A model generated the notes under the pieces. That model searched no databases. It was not told where the DNA came from and saw only the letters and a program-made list of their open reading frames with translations. Source: Isurus oxyrinchus (taxonomy: Eukaryota). Taken from it: DNA of 64,000 nucleotides. A program made the position numbers and the translations under genes. The stretch is taken from NCBI GenBank assembly GCA_026770705.1, contig JANJGN010000087.1, positions 62,001-126,000 on the forward strand, given 5' to 3'. Positions within the stretch are counted from its first letter, which is position 1. Every line of letters starts with the position of its first letter. This document shows positions 1-13,127 of the stretch, in pieces.

Positions 1-19
1 GTGTCTCCTATTCCTTGCA

Positions 20-870
20 ACAATGGAAATGTTACAGCACAGAAAGAGGCTATTCTGCCCATCGTATCTGCAAAGTATGAAAATGTATTGCGGTCCATTG
101 TGAAGACAATCAGACATCCTTGCTGGTCAGAGAGCTCCACATGTTGCTCCAGACACTTATTCATTGAGCTGAGCGTTTCTGCCTCAGCCACCAACCAGGA
201 CAGTGAAATCCAGACACCCACCCCCCCTATGGGTGAAAAAATAATAATTCCCCCTGTACCCTCCAATCATTCTACCCATCAACCTCAAGTTATGAACCTG
301 TTAATTGCCCTCTCCGCTGGGGAAACAGCTATTTCCTCTCTACCCTATCTAGGCTCCTTATGATCCTGTACATTTTAATTAGGTCACCTCTCAGCCTCCT
401 CAGTCCCATGGAAAATCACACCAGCCGACCCAGTCTTTCTCAAAACTGCAATTTTCCAGCCCTGGCTACATTCTTGAGAATCTCCTCTGTAATCTCTCAA
501 GAGCAAATATGTCCTTCCCCAAATGTGCTGAACAGAAATATACAAAAGAATCCAGCTGTGGCACAACCAGCGCCTCATTTCCACCGTTCCAGCATTAAGT
601 TCAAGCTATTGTATTCAGTACCTCATCGAATTAAAAACAAAACATTACATTTGCTTTCTTTACTAACTGATCCACCTGTCCAGCCACCTTCAATGGCCTG
701 TTGACATTTGTTCGAAAGTCTCCAACTTCCTCTACCCTTTTCAATGCCCTACAAATATCTGAATTTTCTATTGCTTTGAACATCCTTCCGAAATCCATTC
801 CCTCAGACTTCACTGGACTGAATTCAATTTGCCACATTTCCACCCTCTCATCCAAACCATTGATTTCACT
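20..870 (-). mobile_element. Degenerate CR1-type LINE, 3' RT fragment
   Basis: ORF 631-855(-) reads WQIEFSPVKSEGMDFGR and GQVDQLVKKANVMFCF, matching the CR1 ORF2 motifs WQMEFNxxKCEVMHFGR and QVDRVVKKAxGMLAFI. Confidence 0.75.
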
Positions 871-1639
871 CTTTCCCTCTCATTCGAGGAAAAACCGTCC
901 CATTCAATGCCCTCCACTGCACACCCACTCAGTCCAGTCGCTGTATCTCTAACTTTCTCTCCCTGTTTCAGGGCGAATCTTGAATTAAAAACAGTCGGAA
1001 CAGTTTTTTTTTATCTCACAGTTTAAGTATTGGCACACAAAGCTGTGGCCATGATTTTTATGTAATAATGATTTATGTAGAGAAGTGTAGGGGTGGAGGG
1101 AGATTGCCTGGGGAAATGGAAACAATGCACTGTCAGTCCTAAAGTAAAATTCACTTGGGGCACTGTCGTCACGGTCAAAGAATAAGGGAGGCTGAAGGCA
1201 CAGTGTGCACAGCAAAGTCCCGCAAGCAGCCATTATTCAATAGCTAGGTGTCCTTCCCCCATCATCCCCATAACTCAGAAATTTCTAATTTCCATCTCTA
1301 AAACTAGGTTGGCGGATGAAACGGCAGGATGGTTTCAAAACGACCCTCACATCACACTCCCCACTAAAACATTTCACCTGCTCAATGTGTCAGTGAAACT
1401 AAAACCTGGGAATTATTCGGCGATGACAACAGGAATTTACAGAGCCCCTTCACATTCCAAATTGTATTCCAGGCCCTCGGTAAAACTCCACCATCCATGA
1501 ATTAAAGTGCTTTTCAAGTTGCAATGCAGATAAAGCTGCAGGGAATTATGCAAAGCAAGATCCCACAGCAAGTGCCACCAGGGACATTGGAGCTTTGGAG
1601 AACTTGTCCCTCCCCCCACTCCCAATAGATACATTTTGT

Positions 1640-2110
1640 CCGTTCAGCCTCTCTGTTCCATTTCTTCCTCCCTCTGTCTTCCTCTCTCAGTGTTTCCATC
1701 AATCCCTCTTTTTTAACTTTGTATTTTTATCTCTCTCTCTCTCTCTCTCGATCTGTCGCTATCTGTCTTCCTCTTTCTCACACACTGTATCTTCAATCTT
1801 TGTTTCCATCTCTCTTTCCCTATGTTCCCTCATCCTGACCCTCTCTCAAACTGGCCCTCTCTCACACTGTCCTGCTGTCTCTCTGGCTCCATTGATGTTG
1901 TATTCCTTCCCTTCAAGCGCTACTTTCACCCTGTATCTCCCTCGCTCTCGCTGTTTCCATCAGTTTCTTCCGTCTGTATATCTTCCATTCTCTCTCTGTC
2001 TCTCTCTTCCCCATACCAACCCCACTGACACCCAGGCCATGCTACCAATGGCAAACCCTGCCCCCTTCCCCCCGACTCCACATCTCTCTCCATCTCTCTC
2101 ACAAATATCA
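1640..2110. repeat. (CT)n / pyrimidine-rich low-complexity tract
   Basis: Visible CT dinucleotide runs; the overlapping Ser/Leu-rich ORFs are artefacts. Confidence 0.85.
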
Positions 2111-3479
2111 GTGGTTGGAGATGCAGAAAGGGAGAGAAAGGCAGGTTGGAACAAAATAAAGTGAATTAAAATTTCATTGAAGCCTCAATCCATCGCACTC
2201 TCTAAGATGTCCGCATTATTTCGAAATAAAACATCATCACGTTAACAAATTTAACTTCGAGACCTTCCTGGTGCTTTACACACGATGAATCAACAACTTT
2301 TTATGTGTGATCACTGATGAAATTCATTTTGTCTTGTGCGTGTTTGTGCACAGCGAGATACCGCACCCTGAACGGTGTGAACTGCCAGATATAACTGCCT
2401 TAGCTGAGAATTGATGAAAAGACAGCGTAGGGAAAATGTCTTCATGAACGGAGTAGCACAGCAAGATCCCGGGATTGACCCTCTCCATGTCCGAGTGTGA
2501 TTTATGTAAATGCTCCATTCTTCCGGAAGAATGTGATGAGGGGATTTCCTCCTTAGACTGGGAGATGGGCAGTGACTTCACACTCGGACACTCCAAGTTC
2601 CATGTCTGTCAGCCCCCTCACCACTGCCCCCTCATTAAACTCTCGGTTCTGGACTCTCTTGCTGTTCCCCTCAGTCCCTCAATCCATGGAAGGATGCAGG
2701 CATTTTGTGGTCAGAACAAGATCCCAAAAGCAGAAATATGTTAATCTCCAGGTAAAACTGGTTCAGTGATGTCGATTGAAGGCGTCAATCTTGCCATCAC
2801 AAAACACGGAACAGAAACTGCAGTTTGAAGCATTCTAACCTTCTGAGTCCCAGTCACAGAACCCGCACTAAATCCTCAGGGACCAGAACAGGGGCCAGTC
2901 ACACAGAACAATCCCGTGTAAGTACAGCGCAATCCCAAATCTTCACAGACAGTGCTGGGAGTAGCAGATGGCAAATGGTATCCAGTCCTACCACATCCGA
3001 TGCCAACTGCTCCCATCATATCCTCCACACAATTAAAATAACAATAAATATCATTGGTGGATAAATATTACATATATAAAAATAATAAATATGGAAGAAA
3101 ATAGCTGAACAGAGAGACAGAGAGTGAGAGAGAGAGAATGTGGAGGAGAGAGCGAGAAAGCAAGAGACGTGGAGAAAATAAAAGTGTGTGCACATCAAGA
3201 TCCCACAAGTAACAATGAGTTTCTATTTAGAAAGGACACGGGAAGCCTGTCCACCGCACAGCCCGACCCGCTGGAAACACCTCTCCCCGCTCTATGTGTG
3301 TTCCGCACTTGGGGTTGCCCACACACCGCCTCCTCTCCTGGCTCTACAAATATTAAAACTCTATCTTCAAACTGGAAAGGAAAAAAATGATCACTTTGAA
3401 TTTTTTTTTAAATCAACGACATGTTTTTTTTTGCCAACAACTATTTCAGGAAGGATGTCTTTCTTCAAACACCACCCTC

Positions 3480-3633
3480 CACTCACCACCCCCTCTGTGT
3501 CAACATCATTTTATCCCCTTTCTCCCTTTTGTCCTGTTCCTCGCTCTTCTCCCAGCTTGTTCGCTCAAACCCAGTTTTACCCTCACACTCCCGCTTTGAC
3601 TTACTGTCTCTCTGTTTCTCCACACTCTGCCCC

Positions 3634-3668
<35 letters not shown>

Positions 3669-3710
3669 TCTGTTTTCCCCCTCGCTCTCTTCTTTCTCTC
3701 CCCCTTCCCA
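3480..3710. repeat. (CT)n low-complexity tract
   Basis: Perfect (CT)n run at ~3638-3663 inside a pyrimidine-rich tract. Confidence 0.85.
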
Positions 3711-4144
3711 GTAGTGGAGGCGGACAGAATTACACACGGACATCCACAATCTGAACCACAGCCAACTGGATTCCACGAGTCCCTCTGCATTTTGTTTCTC
3801 CCACTAAATGATCGCTCTGACTAATAAATTTTCTAAAGCATTTGTGCATAGCAGGATCCGAACACTGGCTACAATTTCTGAAGTGATTGTAAAGTATCAC
3901 GTCACTTGCTGCCTGTCAAGTATTAAGTGGCATAACGGAACCTCTGACAAATACGACTTTATCACGACCTGTTCGGGAGGCAGGGATTCTGATTTCTAGT
4001 CATGGTTCAATTATGTAGAAGCTCTAGATTTCTCTGTAAATAAAGTTTACTGTTTCTAATTGAAACCTGTTCGCAATAAGAAGTTATTACACTTTCAATA
4101 TTCATTTTGCTGAGCTTATGATTATGCTTTTTTGACTACCTTCC

Positions 4145-4470
4145 ATGTTCTCTTCCACTCTCTCTTTCTCGCTAAATTTCTCTGCCTCTTTCTCTCTCTG
4201 TGCCTCTCTCTTTCACCCTCTCTCTTTTGGTCTCTCTTTCTTCCTGACTTTCCCACTCTCTGACGCCCTCTCTCTCAGTCTGTGTTTCTCTTTTTCTCTG
4301 TCACATTATCTTTTTTTTCTGTCCCTCTCTCTTAATTTCTGTCCCTCTCCCTCTCTTTCTCTCTCTCCCTGTCTCTCTCTTCCTATTTTGCTGCCCATTC
4401 CCCATCTCACTTCCTTTCACTGCATCTCTCTCTTTTCCTCTCTACTTCTCTCTCTCTCTCTCTCTCTAAT
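4145..4470. repeat. (CT)n low-complexity tract
   Basis: CT-rich tract ending in a perfect (CT)n run. Confidence 0.85.
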
Positions 4471-4544
4471 CAACTCTAATTTTTCAACAAATGACTTTGT
4501 ATCAATGCTACGGATTTACGGGCCTCTCTGCTAAGGTAAATATT

Positions 4545-4915
4545 TACTTCTAATCTAATATATCCAGGGCCCTCAGAATTCTGCTCAACACAATCATATT
4601 TCGCCTCAGTCTTCAACGTACCAGGGAGAAAAAACTCAGACTAAACATTTTTCCTCAATTTTCCGTCACTGGAAAATCATCACATAACTCCACTGTGCAG
4701 TCTCCAGTGCAATTGCATCCTTTCACCAATGAGGTTCCCAGAACTGCAAAAGGCACTGAAGCTACAGGTTAATGGAACATTTATATAGATGCAAAATAAC
4801 CGTTTTGCAATAAAATGCTATGCCTCGGCTAAAATAAATGAAATATTCCATTTGAATTTACACAGATGTTTCCGATTTCCCCTGCTCCCTTCAGGCACCT
4901 GTAAAGATTAGATCC
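4545..4915 (-). mobile_element. Highly degenerate CR1-type LINE fragment
   Basis: Resembles the reverse complement of the CR1 RT C-terminal region also seen at 20-870. Confidence 0.45.
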
Positions 4916-4958
4916 AAGAATGAATTACTTTGTTAGGATAATGAATTTAGAAACATAA

Positions 4959-5105
4959 ACCAGCTAACCAGCTTATATTTCAACTCTTTCTTGGACTCGA
5001 AATCAAGTTCTGTCGAAGGGTCATGAGGACTCGAAATGTCAACTCTTTTCTTCTCCGCCGATGCTGCCAGACCTGCTGAGTTTTTCCAGGTAATTCTGTT
5101 TTTGT
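4959..5105 (+). mobile_element. Short Penelope-like terminal-repeat (pLTR) insert with 13-bp TSD
   Basis: Flanked by TTTAGAAACATAA at 4946-4958 and 5106-5118. Near-identical to the copies at 18538 and 20192, and homologous to the 3' end of the PLE fragment at 19374-20065. Confidence 0.8.
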
Positions 5106-6329
5106 TTTAGAAACATAACTTTAATTTAAAATGACAGATCGCTCGCTGATGGCATGTTCTCCATTATGGGGTTGATGACAGAGAATAAACAGAATTGAAG
5201 AGGTCCGAAACTGAGGAGCGACGATTATTCGAAATAAAAACTGGCTTTGAATTAGAAAGCGAAGGTAGATATTTAGCAGTTTCAAAAATAACATTTAGTC
5301 AGACCAAGAGATCGGTTTAATTGACATTGTTATATTGCAAAGGGCGTGGAGAAAGGGCGAGAGAAAGCAGAAGTGAGAATTTGAGTTTTATGTCATGCAG
5401 AAAACTTAAAGGAAGTTCCTGGCTGATGCTGTGGAGACGGGGTACAGGCAGGAGTGAATACAGGTAATGTGACAAAGTGTCCATGAACTCTGCATACGGA
5501 TCAAGAGTGACGGCAGAACGCCGTTTGGAGATTGGGTTTAGAGGATGGTTTGTGTCTGGAAGATAACCAATGTGTATTCTGTACTGTACTGGATGTTTTT
5601 GGACAGTGGATAGCGTTAGCGTGACAATTAGGTGCGCAAATTATGCTTAAGGTGATAGATAAAGCCAGACTTATTTCAACAGATATCTCACCAAAGAAAG
5701 CCTCATCCTTCATGTTTGTGACGTTCCCTCTGGAGTTTGATTTTGTCAAATTTTCTATATCTCAGAAAACCAGTATTTCAGCTGGCATGCACAATAATGT
5801 CAGGACATCTTGTGTTATTAATCTAGCCTATTGGAGAAGGCTGATTCTAGCTTCTGAGCGCTCAGAAACAATAAAATGCATGACAGGTTTAAGGCACATG
5901 CATTCTTTGGATGTAAATGCTGATGGGCGCTTCACACCGACCTCGCTAAAAATTAAGCACAACGGACACTACTCTGTCCAATCACTATTAGCATCTTGGG
6001 ACTTTACAATTCTGCCTTGAAAAGCTGTAATTATCAATGGAGTGTTAAGTTCTGTCGTCCCCTAACAAAAATATTTATGTTAACTGATCAATATTAGGTC
6101 CGTGTTTTCAATGTGCAGCATCTATTTGGACATGCAGCTGTACAGCCTGAAGACAACGGCGCCCATTTCCATTCTGAATAATACGGTTTACATTAGCACA
6201 CCTCTCGACCATCTATGGGCAGTTACATACCGACCAGTGGCAAGTAAATCTCAATGTCCCAATGCTTACGCCTAGATTAAGAGACAATAAAATGTACTAA
6301 GACCCAGATCAGTCACAGCACATCCGCAA

Positions 6330-9300
6330 ATGTGGCTTTTGGTTGTTTAGTGCACAGTGGAAATTCGGTGCAGAGGGGTAGAGCTGCTCGCTGCATTTTT
6401 TTCTTTGCTATCCAACTTCTGAAATCTTCAGATAGTGGACCTTGCCTGCTGCAGCAGTAGACGTTACAAGGGAGATACTTGACTGGTAAGCAGTGGGTAA
6501 GGCTGGGCAAGTATTTAATACTTTCATTGCTTCTTGTTCAAGTTATTTTGCGTTTTAAAGCTTGTACATTCTGCCGTAACGAGGATCCGGAAAGATGATG
6601 CCTAGAGTAATTAACTTTAGATGTTTAATTTAAAGGCATAAGTCATGGCAGTAAAGCTGAAAGCTGTGGTGTGCTCCTTGTATTGCACGTCGGAAGTCAG
6701 AAACATTTCCAATGACAGGGGAGCATGTTTGCTGGAACTGTGCCCAGCTGCAGCTCCTGGAAGCTTGGGTTTCAGAGCTGGAATGGCGTCTGCGGACACT
6801 ATGGAGCATCTGCGAGCCTGAGAGCATCGTGGATAGCAACGTTAGAGAGGCAGTCACAGTGCGGCTGAAGGACTTCAGAAACGAAGTTAATGGGTGACCA
6901 ACAGGCAGTCCAAAAGCAACAGGCAGGTGATTCCGGATTCGCCCGATGTCCCACTTGCAAATCCTTATTGTATTTGGAAGTCTGATGGGGGCGCTTGTTC
7001 CTCCAGGGAGTGCAGACAGAGCTAAGGTTCTGGCAGCACAAGCAGTTTGTTTGAACAGGAGGGGAGGAGGTGAAGTAGAGCTATAGTAATAAGTGATTCT
7101 ATAGTCAGCTGAGCAGATAGGTGGTACTGTGCATGCCAATGTGACTCCAGGATGGTGTGTTGCCTTTCATGTGCCAGGTTCCTGGAATTTAGTGAACGTT
7201 TGAAGGACATCCTGAAGGTGGCAGGTGATATGGCCGGGGTCATGGTACATGTTAGAACCAATGACATAGTTAGAAAGAGTGATGAGGCCATGCATCAAGG
7301 ATTCAGGGAGTTAGGCAATGGACTGAAAAGGAGGGCCTCTTGTTTTATAATCTCTGGATTGCTCCCAGTGCCACGTGCTAGTCAGCACAGAAATAGGAGA
7401 ATAACGCAGATGAATACATGGCTTTATATTTGATGCATGAGGGTTTTAGATTGCTAGATCACAGGGACCGTTGCTGGGGAAGATGGGGCCTCTACAAGTG
7501 GGACGATTTACTTCTGAATCAACATTGGTTTAATATCCTTGCAGGCGGGATTGTGAGAGCTGTTGGGATCAGTTTTAGCTTATTCGGCAGCGGGAGTGGG
7601 CACCCGTTAGCAGAGTAGGGACACATCATCATTCATCGAAACAATCAAGTCAGAGAGTGTGCAGCTACATTAAGTTTCCAGGTAGTAAGTCAAGGCAAGA
7701 TGCCTTTACTTTAAATATCGGGAGTATTGCAGGTAAAGCGGATGATTTCATGGTGAGGATTAACATGTGGAATTGTGTTAAGGTAGACATCACTGGGCCA
7801 TAGTTGAGGGAGAGGCAAAATTGGCAGCTGAACTTTTCGGGATATGAAATCTTCAGGCAAGTGAGTGAAGGGCGTAAAAGGAGAGGAGGCATTGAATAAA
7901 TTATTAAGGATTCTGTTACTGTCATCAGGAGAGATGATATCTTGGAAGATACAGGTAGAGATTTGGAATTGAAAATGTGCAGCCGCTTTTTTAGGAGTTT
8001 TTTCTAGAAACCCAAATAGTCAGCGGGAAATGCAGGATAAAATAAAGTCACAATTTGGGCATGAGTGTTAAAAAAACACCAAAGCGTAATTGTATTCGGT
8101 GATTTCAACTTTCCCAACATTATTAGCGATAGACTTTGTGTGAAGGGCTTAGATGGAATGCATTTCTTGAAATGTGTACAGGAGAAACATTTAGGGCAAT
8201 ATCTAACATGTCCATCAAGGGACGGGGCATTGCTGGTCTTGATACTGGTGTCTGAAGCCAGGCAAGTGGCTGAGGTTGTAGTGGGGGAGCATTGCCGTGA
8301 CAGCAAACACAACATGGTATAATTTATAGTTGCTATGAACAAATAAATAGACACATTACAAAAAAATGTTCTGGATTGGTGGAGAGAGGATTTCAATAAA
8401 ACAAGGCAGGATCAGGCCAAAGTCGGCTCGGAAGACTTACTGGTTTGGTAATCTACATATGAGTAATGAGAGCATTCAAAACGTAGATGGGGACGGTACA
8501 GACTCAGCATGTTCCCTCTAGAGTGATGGGAAGGAGGAACAATACCAGAGAGCCATGGATGACCAGAATACGACGAAATGGAAAAGAGAGGCCCTTTTGA
8601 GGTACAACAGAAACAAATCAGCCGTTCCATTAGTGGAGTACAGAAAAGGTGGAGCTTAAGAAAACAATTAGGGGAGCAGAGAGGGGATATGAGAAAGCTC
8701 TGGCTGGGAAAAAAAAAGAAAAATCTCAAAAATGCAACAAGTTTATCAATGGGAAGAGGATAACGAGGGATGGTGTTGGGCCCATTAATGATCAAGTTGG
8801 CAATCTATGGGTGGAGCCAGAGGACATCTGTAGAGTGTTGAACGAATACTTCACTTCAGGCTTTCCCCAAGAGAATGAAAATGAAAGTAATGAACTCGGG
8901 GGAGGGACTGCACGATTCCTGATCAAATTGACGGAGGGAGTGATCAGTTATTGCACGTTTTGGCGGGCTTAAATGTGGACAAATCCCCCAGTCCTGATTA
9001 CTTGTGGCCATGAATGCTGAGGTAAGTAAGGGGGGGAGATCGCAGGGGCTGTGACACAAATTTTTAATTTTATTTCGCAACGGAGGAGGTGCCAGTGGAC
9101 TGGAGAACATCTAAAGTAGTTCCACTATTTAATAAGGGCTTCAGCAATGAGCCAAGGACCTAGAGGCGAGTGAGTCTCACGTCAGCGGCACAGAACTTTT
9201 CGAGCAAATACGGAAGGAGAGAATCTATCTCAACTTGCAAAGTCAAGGTTTGGTCAGGGATAGTGAGCATGGCTTCCTGAAGTGAGGTCATAGATAACAA

Positions 9301-10560
9301 ATTTGTTTGAATTTTTTGAGGAGCTGACCAGGTGTGTAGATGGGGGAGTTGCAGTTCGTGTGGTTAGTATAGTTTGCAGCAAAACATTTGACAAGATCCC
9401 ACAAGAGATTCATATAAAGAAGGCAAATGCAGATGGGAAACAAGGTAATTAGACAATGTGGATTCAAAATTGACTTAGTTGTAGGAGACAGAGGGTGATG
9501 ACAAGGAGGCTGCATTAGTGACTGGAAACCCATGAACAGTGACGTACCACAAAAATCTGTGCTTGTTCCGCTATTATTCCTCATTTATATAAATGCCGTG
9601 GAAGACTATGTGGGGGATTGGTTTAGGAATGTTGCGGATGACAAAAAAGATTTGCACGAAGTTTAAGAGTTAGGTCGTGTGTCTTGGGCGAAAAGAAAAA
9701 TAGACAGGATGGTCAAATGGGAATATAAGTGGCAGATGGAATTTAACCTTGAAAAGTGTGAGTTGATACAATTTGCATAATTAATTTGACGAGGCAGTAT
9801 TCAATCAATGGCACATCGCTAGGTTGTTCTGAGGAAAAAAGGGACCTTAGCATGTGCGTCCATGGATCTCTGAAGGTGGAGGGGCAAATTATTTGGGTGG
9901 AGAAAAAGGCATAGAGGACACTTGCCTTTATCAATCGAGGCATAGATTACAAAGGTAGGGAGGTCATTTTGGAATTGTATCGAACCTTGGTGAGGCCACA
10001 GCTGGAGTAATGTGTACAGCTCTGGCAGCCACATTAAATAAATGAGGTGATTGCCCTGAAGGGGGTGCAGAGGGATTATACAGAATTTTGCCTGGGATGA
10101 AACATTCAAGTCATGAAGAGATGTCAGTAGACTTGATTGGTTTTCGATGGAGCAGAGAAGACAGAGGGTCGACCTGATTGCGGTGTGTAAAATTGACAGG
10201 GGCTTTGACAAGATGCATCGGGAGCAGTCGTTCCCCTTAGCTGAAGGGTCAGTCGTGAGGGGCCGAATTCCAATGTGAGGGGCAGGAGGTTTAGGGGTCT
10301 GTGAGGAAAAACGTTTTTACCCAGAGTGTTGTGACCGTCTAGAATGCGCTGCCTGGGAGGTTGGTGGAAACGGGTTGCCTCGCATCCTTTAAAAAAAATG
10401 GATGAGTACTTGGCATGTCCTAACGTTCAAGGTTATGGGCCAAGTGCCGATAAATGGGATTTGGTAGGTAGGTCAGGTGTTTCTCACGTATTGGTACAAA
10501 CTAGAATGGCCGAAGGGCCTCTTCTTCACAATGTGATTCTGTAAAGTTGTGATTCTGTCA
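6330..10560 (+). mobile_element. Near full-length but decayed CR1-type LINE (ORF1 zinc-finger plus SGNH-esterase-like domain; ORF2 APE endonuclease plus RT)
   Basis: ORF1 remnants: HVCWNCAQLQLLEAWVSELE, VCCLSCAR..VMVHVRTNDI, IISGLLPVPRAS. ORF2 remnants: VIVFGDFNFPNI (APE), WQMEFNLEKCE, YRTLVRPQLE. The 3' end has GTGATTCTGT repeats. Many stops and frameshifts. Confidence 0.92.
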
Positions 10561-11433
10561 CCTGTCTACACTTTTCAGCCCCTATCACAGTGGAACTGAT
10601 GTGGAGCTTTGGCGGGGGATTTGACATCGGTTTTGAAGTTCCCATATGGTATCCATCAAAAAGCGGCCTCCATTCTGGTCTATCACCCCCTGACCTTCGT
10701 TCCTGTCTCAACACACCTGCTGCTGAAAGGCTGAAATGATGTCTTCAAAAGTGAATATTTCAGCGTGCCCCCGTATCGCGCCCTATTGTGTAAATTCGAT
10801 AAGTTACAGTATTTCAAAATATATCTAGTGTGACCTGCACGAAGTCTTACTCACAGACAACGATTCTCTCAGTGATCTGCATTGTCTTGCCATTGGAGAA
10901 TATCTAGAGTAGAGCTTCAAATTTGTATAGTCACTTTGAGTTACTTTCATGTCTCCAATCCTTTCACTGAGCCAGCAACAGCCCGAATCAGCTTTTGTTC
11001 TCCGCAGGTCTCCGGAAATGTTAACTGGTATATTACCCAATAACTTGGCCCATCGCTTTCAGCTTGTATTTGACCCGCCTTTGCTGAAAGTTAGTATTTC
11101 TCCCAAGATGTAGCTGCCTGTTCAAATCTAAGAGAGTGTCTTCACATTTATCACTCTGGCCAAGAATGTCGTCTTCTATTCTATGACCTTTTTCAGAACT
11201 TATGTCCTGTTTTCTGACCGACTAAATTGCTGGGTAACTCCTGGGAACTTATTTTCCTTAATCAGTGCAATTATGAAAATACTTCGCTACTCAAAGCTAC
11301 CGGTACTGATCATGCCCTGCGCTCAACTCTTGAGCTGAATCGCTATATGATTGACAGTGATTTGTGTTCCGAATTAACTACGTGGTATAGAAACCTCCCT
11401 TCCTGTTTCTGCCAAAATGAAATGGATATTCAC

Positions 11434-11747
11434 CTGAACACAGAACCCCTACGCCGATTCCCTCAGTGATAGACTGCTTCAATGTGAACGAGCTGCAGTT
11501 CGCAGAATCGAATCGTTTCCTTTGCACTGGAAATTATTCGTGCACACGGCCCATTCACCTTCTCCGTACTTTGAAGAGATATAAGCCGCTATAGCATCGG
11601 CGCAGGACAGCTGACTGCAGACAACATTAGCATCGTTCAGATCCCAGATTCTGTCCTACACTCTGCCCCAGCGGCCGTGACTGTAAATCTCCAATAGCCC
11701 ATCGCAGAGATTTCCGCCGTTTGACAGTCTTAACGAAAAAATATCAG
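11434..11747 (-). pseudogene. SRCR pseudo-exon, paralog of SRCR4 (49887-50201)
   Basis: Translates [47 protein letters not shown]...IGVGVLCS. It has an in-frame TAG and is 314 nt (-1 frameshift); AG and GT are retained. Confidence 0.9.
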
Positions 11748-12813
11748 CTTCAAAACGAAACAGAAAAAAAACTAACGCAAATGATAAAAAAAAAGTTTTT
11801 GGCTGCCACACTTAGAGTATTTCAACGTTCAAATTTAACCTGATGTCTATCCGCTGATGATTGCGCAGATTTGTCCACTCATTACTGATTCTTCAGTGAA
11901 AATATTTCTGTGAGATGTTGAGAAACATTCAGTTTCGTACAGCGAAACTGAAATACAGCCAAAAATGAAAAGATGGGCATCCACCCTTACAGCATTTTTC
12001 AATTTTATGGATTTTAGGCCCACAAAATAATTGAATTGCTACAAGACATTGTTCATGATGCCAACTTAAAAAAATGTAGATTTATTCTTATTCTGAATCA
12101 GGAGATGGTGGGAAGCTTGAAATTATGTCAAGGGTCAGAGAGCCAGCTGTCTTGTAATAAGGAACACAGACCACCCAAGCTATGAGTGACCACTGAATAG
12201 CTTCGTGAAATCAAACGATGGTTAATGATGAAGGCAAATTAATCAAATCATTGCACTGTTCCTGAAGCCAAATTACTCTTTTCACGGATTCTAAGTGGGT
12301 AGTTCGTGAAACTGATTTGGGAAGTCAGTCTCTAATTAATGAAATTGGCATGGTGTTTAAATGCCTGGGATTTGTTAACAGGTTAACGACTATTTGAAAG
12401 TTTTGCTGGTCAGTGATGGTAACATATGTTTAATGATGATAACCCACAGTTAATGAGGTGGTGTGAGATTAATGAACGTGCTATTATAGCTCTTGAAGTG
12501 TGTCTACTGGTCGTGAGGCAGGGTAACACGAGCGAGTTGTTTGACACTGAGTTGTACATGAAACACGAAAATAAACCTATAATCAATGCAGGAGATGTTC
12601 AGACACTCTATCAACACACCTTCAGCTTTTTGTCATTAATTACAATTAATTGGGGATGCTTTCGATGGATAGGCCAGGCGGATATATGAAAGCAACATTG
12701 AACTGCAAAAACGAGTTTAGATAAGACCATCACAGAGTGAAGCTGAAAAGTTGTTTCTTCCAGTCTCCAAATATTTGGGAGGAATTTCTCTGTCAATCCG
12801 TTAGTGTACACAC

Positions 12814-13127
12814 CGGAACCGTTCACACTGACACCATTCCTGAGAGAGTACCCTGTTGATTTACTGGAGAAAGTGTACAGTCCATCAGGCTTGTCTCATT
12901 GCATTTACACTTAAAGCATTCATTCCGTAAAAGCCCATTGCCTTCACCAAAATAAGCTCCTCTCCGTAGGGACGTGGCGAATCCACATTGAAGCTGAGCA
13001 CAGAGCTCAGTGACTGCATTCCAATCCTAGTGAAAGACGTACACTGTTCCCCACTTGATTCCGGAATGTATCGCCACTCTACCCGAGCACTGGCAAGATC
13101 CATACACTAGACTGGGAAAGCTGGGAA
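12814..13127 (-). pseudogene. SRCR pseudo-exon, paralog of SRCR2 (55811-56125)
   Basis: Translates PSFPSLVYGSCQCSGRVAIHSGIKWGTVYVFH*DWNAVTELCAQLQCG...GAYFGEGNG...NETSLMDC. It has an in-frame TAG and is 314 nt. Confidence 0.9.

Noticed and set aside
1195-1245. CACAGTG heptamers (also ~6353, ~6855, ~10586) as V(D)J recombination signals
   Set aside because: There is no ACAAAAACC-like nonamer at 12- or 23-bp spacing and no Ig/TCR segments.
1595-4534. Long ORFs 1595-2164, 3188-3754 and 4145-4534 (hydrophobic, Ser/Leu-rich)
   Set aside because: They are translations of (CT)n low-complexity DNA, with no domain or splice evidence.
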